Part shown: positions 61,405 to 64,000 of the stretch, piece by piece | Numbering within the stretch: the first letter of the stretch is position 1 | How the letters are laid out: the number at the start of each line of letters is the position of its first letter | Assembly (NCBI GenBank): GCA_015680685.1 | Contig: MNCI01000967.1 | Span: forward strand, 534,521 to 598,520 | DNA from: Gnetum montanum | Taxonomy: Eukaryota > Plantae > Gnetophyta | DNA length: 64,000 nt | Direction of reading: 5' to 3' | Position numbers and translations under genes: made by a program | The notes under the pieces: model-generated | The model's database searches: none | What the model was told of the DNA's origin: nothing | What the model saw: only the letters and a program-made list of their open reading frames with translations

Positions 61405-63816
61405 ACAAGATACCAAAAAATAAAACAGAATAAATATATTGAAATTAATTAACATAAAAATTACATAAAATGGTAACTACATTAAAAGGAATTAGGCTAT
61501 ATCAATAGCAAAACTTATTGAACAAAAATAACTAAAAATAATCAATGTTGTTGAAATAAAGTTCAGGATTGAGTTAGGCCTACACCAAAGATAGGAAAAA
61601 TACAAATACAAATTATCATAGCAAATTACCTAGTATTGAAATCCTAGTTGAACATTATAGCTTAGAAAATATTTAACAAATAACTGGTAATTTAATGACT
61701 AAACTAAAAATGCATCAAATAAGGATCTAAACATCAGCTTCTTCATCAAACTCATCCTTATCACAACTAACTAAATCATCTAGAAGGCATAAAAACATAA
61801 AGGAAATCAGTTCTAAGACTAGGTAAGAAAAATGAGTTATGGAATATGCCCTTATGGGTTTTGGCTTCAAGCATCAGGTAGCTAGGTAGTCATGCATAAG
61901 GGATAGCTATAAACAAAGAGTTAGCATCCAAGATACAACACATGCATAGATCAAATCAAATAATTAATAATAATGAAATAAAATATCCATAAGTAAATAA
62001 GATAAAAGAGGCTCTGCCACCACCCACTAAACACAACCAAAACCAAGATACTTACTAATAAAGGTGATCCACATGAGGATCTGACTCACTACCAAGAAAG
62101 ATGACCTACATAGTTACTACACATATTGTTAAATGACCCATTGAGAAAGAAAATATATGTAGGCATTGCTAACCCAAATCCAAAGACAAATACTCCAAAT
62201 ACCAAAATATAATATATAATATAAGTAATTCTTGAGTGATGAAGAGACATGGTCATATTGCTAAATGAAGCTAAAGAAACTGGTCTAAAGCCAAGAATGA
62301 CCTTGTCAAACAAATTTCTAAGATGATAAAAATGCTAAGATTAAAAATACAAGTTTAAATGGCTTACAGAAAAAATGCAAAAAAATTACAATTAGGAAAT
62401 CTAAGCTCTTAAAGATTATTCTAAGCTACTAAAATTCTAAAAGTATCATGGGTTGCAGTTTTCAAACTTTAACTAACTGTGCTTTAAGTCCATCACAAAA
62501 CACGTGCATCCCTAGATCACTAAAGCAAAAGATGAAGCACGCCATCCTTGATGGATTTTTCAAAAGCATGAATGAAGTAATTTAGCTAAACTTCTAATAA
62601 AAATGAATGTAAGGCACATACATATTTAGCTTTTAAAACATGGAGTGATACTTGATAGTAGTGTAACTACCATAGAAGAGATAATAGAACTCATTTGTCT
62701 TTGTCTTCAAGTACTTCAAATGAACATAATGCTCATTGAAAGCAACCAAGAAGTTACTTTAGTGAACATCATAGTCCTCACAATAATATACCTTCTCTTG
62801 TCTAGCCCACCAACAACTAGTGGAACCTTTCAACTCATAGATTGTTGATCAGGTTTGTTATGTAAAAGTATAGTTCATTAGCTTGAAGATTATCATGATC
62901 TTGTGCAACTACTCTGTAGTAGTAGTAGAGTCCTTCTTACCCTTGAATGTAGGTGGTGCTAGCTTATAGAATTACTACATAAGTTTAGGTTTCATCTATC
63001 ATCTACCATCACTACTACTCCCTAAAGCTATGCACATTGATGACATATTTAAGTTCTTCTCCATATGTTAATGGATGAATTAGTATGGGTAGTGATCAAT
63101 GTCTACTTTTCTAATCTCTTCATTTATAGTAGAAGTACAAGCAATAGTCTCTACTTAGGAATCCCTTATAGGCTCCTCCATTTAATTGAGAATGGAATCA
63201 AGTGTTGGAGTTGGATTGCTAGACCTAACATCTTCCCTCCTACCATAGTCATATCCACCTTTACAACTTTTCATTTCTATAAATAATAATACAAAATAAA
63301 GAAATCATCAAACTTCTGCTATAATTCTTGCTTATAATACCCTCCTTCCAAGCTTAGGTTAGAATGCATTACGTTGGGAATAGAACCCTTGATGAACAAT
63401 TGATCATAGCAAGAGGAATTGAAAATAAAAGTTATCTAATAAAATGATAAGAAATCGAAAGAAAATATGATAAAGCCATGACCAAAGGAAAGAGAAGAAA
63501 AGATACTAATTAAAGAATAGAATAATTAAAACATAATTAATTCACATAAATATACAAAATGATAAAATTAAAGCTAAACTTAAAAGAAACAAAGGAAATA
63601 TAAATTTGAATCATAATTATAAATATCTAGCAAAACTATAACATGTTCAACCATGCATAAAATATAAATAATCCAAATACATAATGCATGAAAGATAATA
63701 ATCTAATATAGATGTAAAAAATGTCATGGTAATTCCACAAAACAAATAGACTAATGCTAGAAACTAAACCTGCATAAAATCCAAAGATTAATTATAATAA
63801 TAAAGATATCCATACT

Positions 63817-64000
63817 TGATGAGTGGCGAGGTACCCCTACACTCAACCATACGAATACAAGCGTCTCACGCATGATCCGGTCGAACTCCAAGGACTAAGT
63901 GCTTACACACCTTATGGAACACTTATGGTTAATCAATCGTTGTCTTCCCAGACTTACTTGTATTGTCACGGTTGTATGGTTAAGTAAGTCTGAGGTATAT
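63817..64000 (-). mobile_element. U5 end of another Athila-like LTR (3' or solo LTR, no PBS)
   Basis: Reverse complement ends GTATGGTTGAGTGTAGGGGTACCTCGCCACTCATCA. Confidence 0.85.

Overview
AT-rich, TE-dense land-plant nuclear DNA with three N-gaps. One protein-coding gene is recognisable: an 11-exon, plastid-targeted long-form ATP phosphoribosyltransferase (HISN1/ATP-PRT, first step of His synthesis) on the minus strand, CDS 53550->19789, 430 aa. All its introns are GT-AG and phase 0, and introns 1, 3 and 7 are inflated to 8.6, 15.9 and 5.3 kb by LTR elements, LINEs and SINEs. Both flanks hold nested Athila-like Ty3/gypsy LTRs from several diverged families (TGATGA...TCATCA termini, TGGCGCC-type PBS) and a decayed L1. 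Two observations stand out. (1) These LTRs, although diverged in sequence, keep several covarying RNA stems, including a hairpin-loop/pseudoknot or switch next to the PBS; this is a candidate undescribed structured RNA element. (2) A CpG-rich, TATA-driven minus-strand locus at about 55.8-57.3 kb has only short ORFs and a strand-specific hairpin covering a 5' splice site (candidate lncRNA, pri-miRNA or small-peptide gene). All structures were paired by eye and no searches were run.
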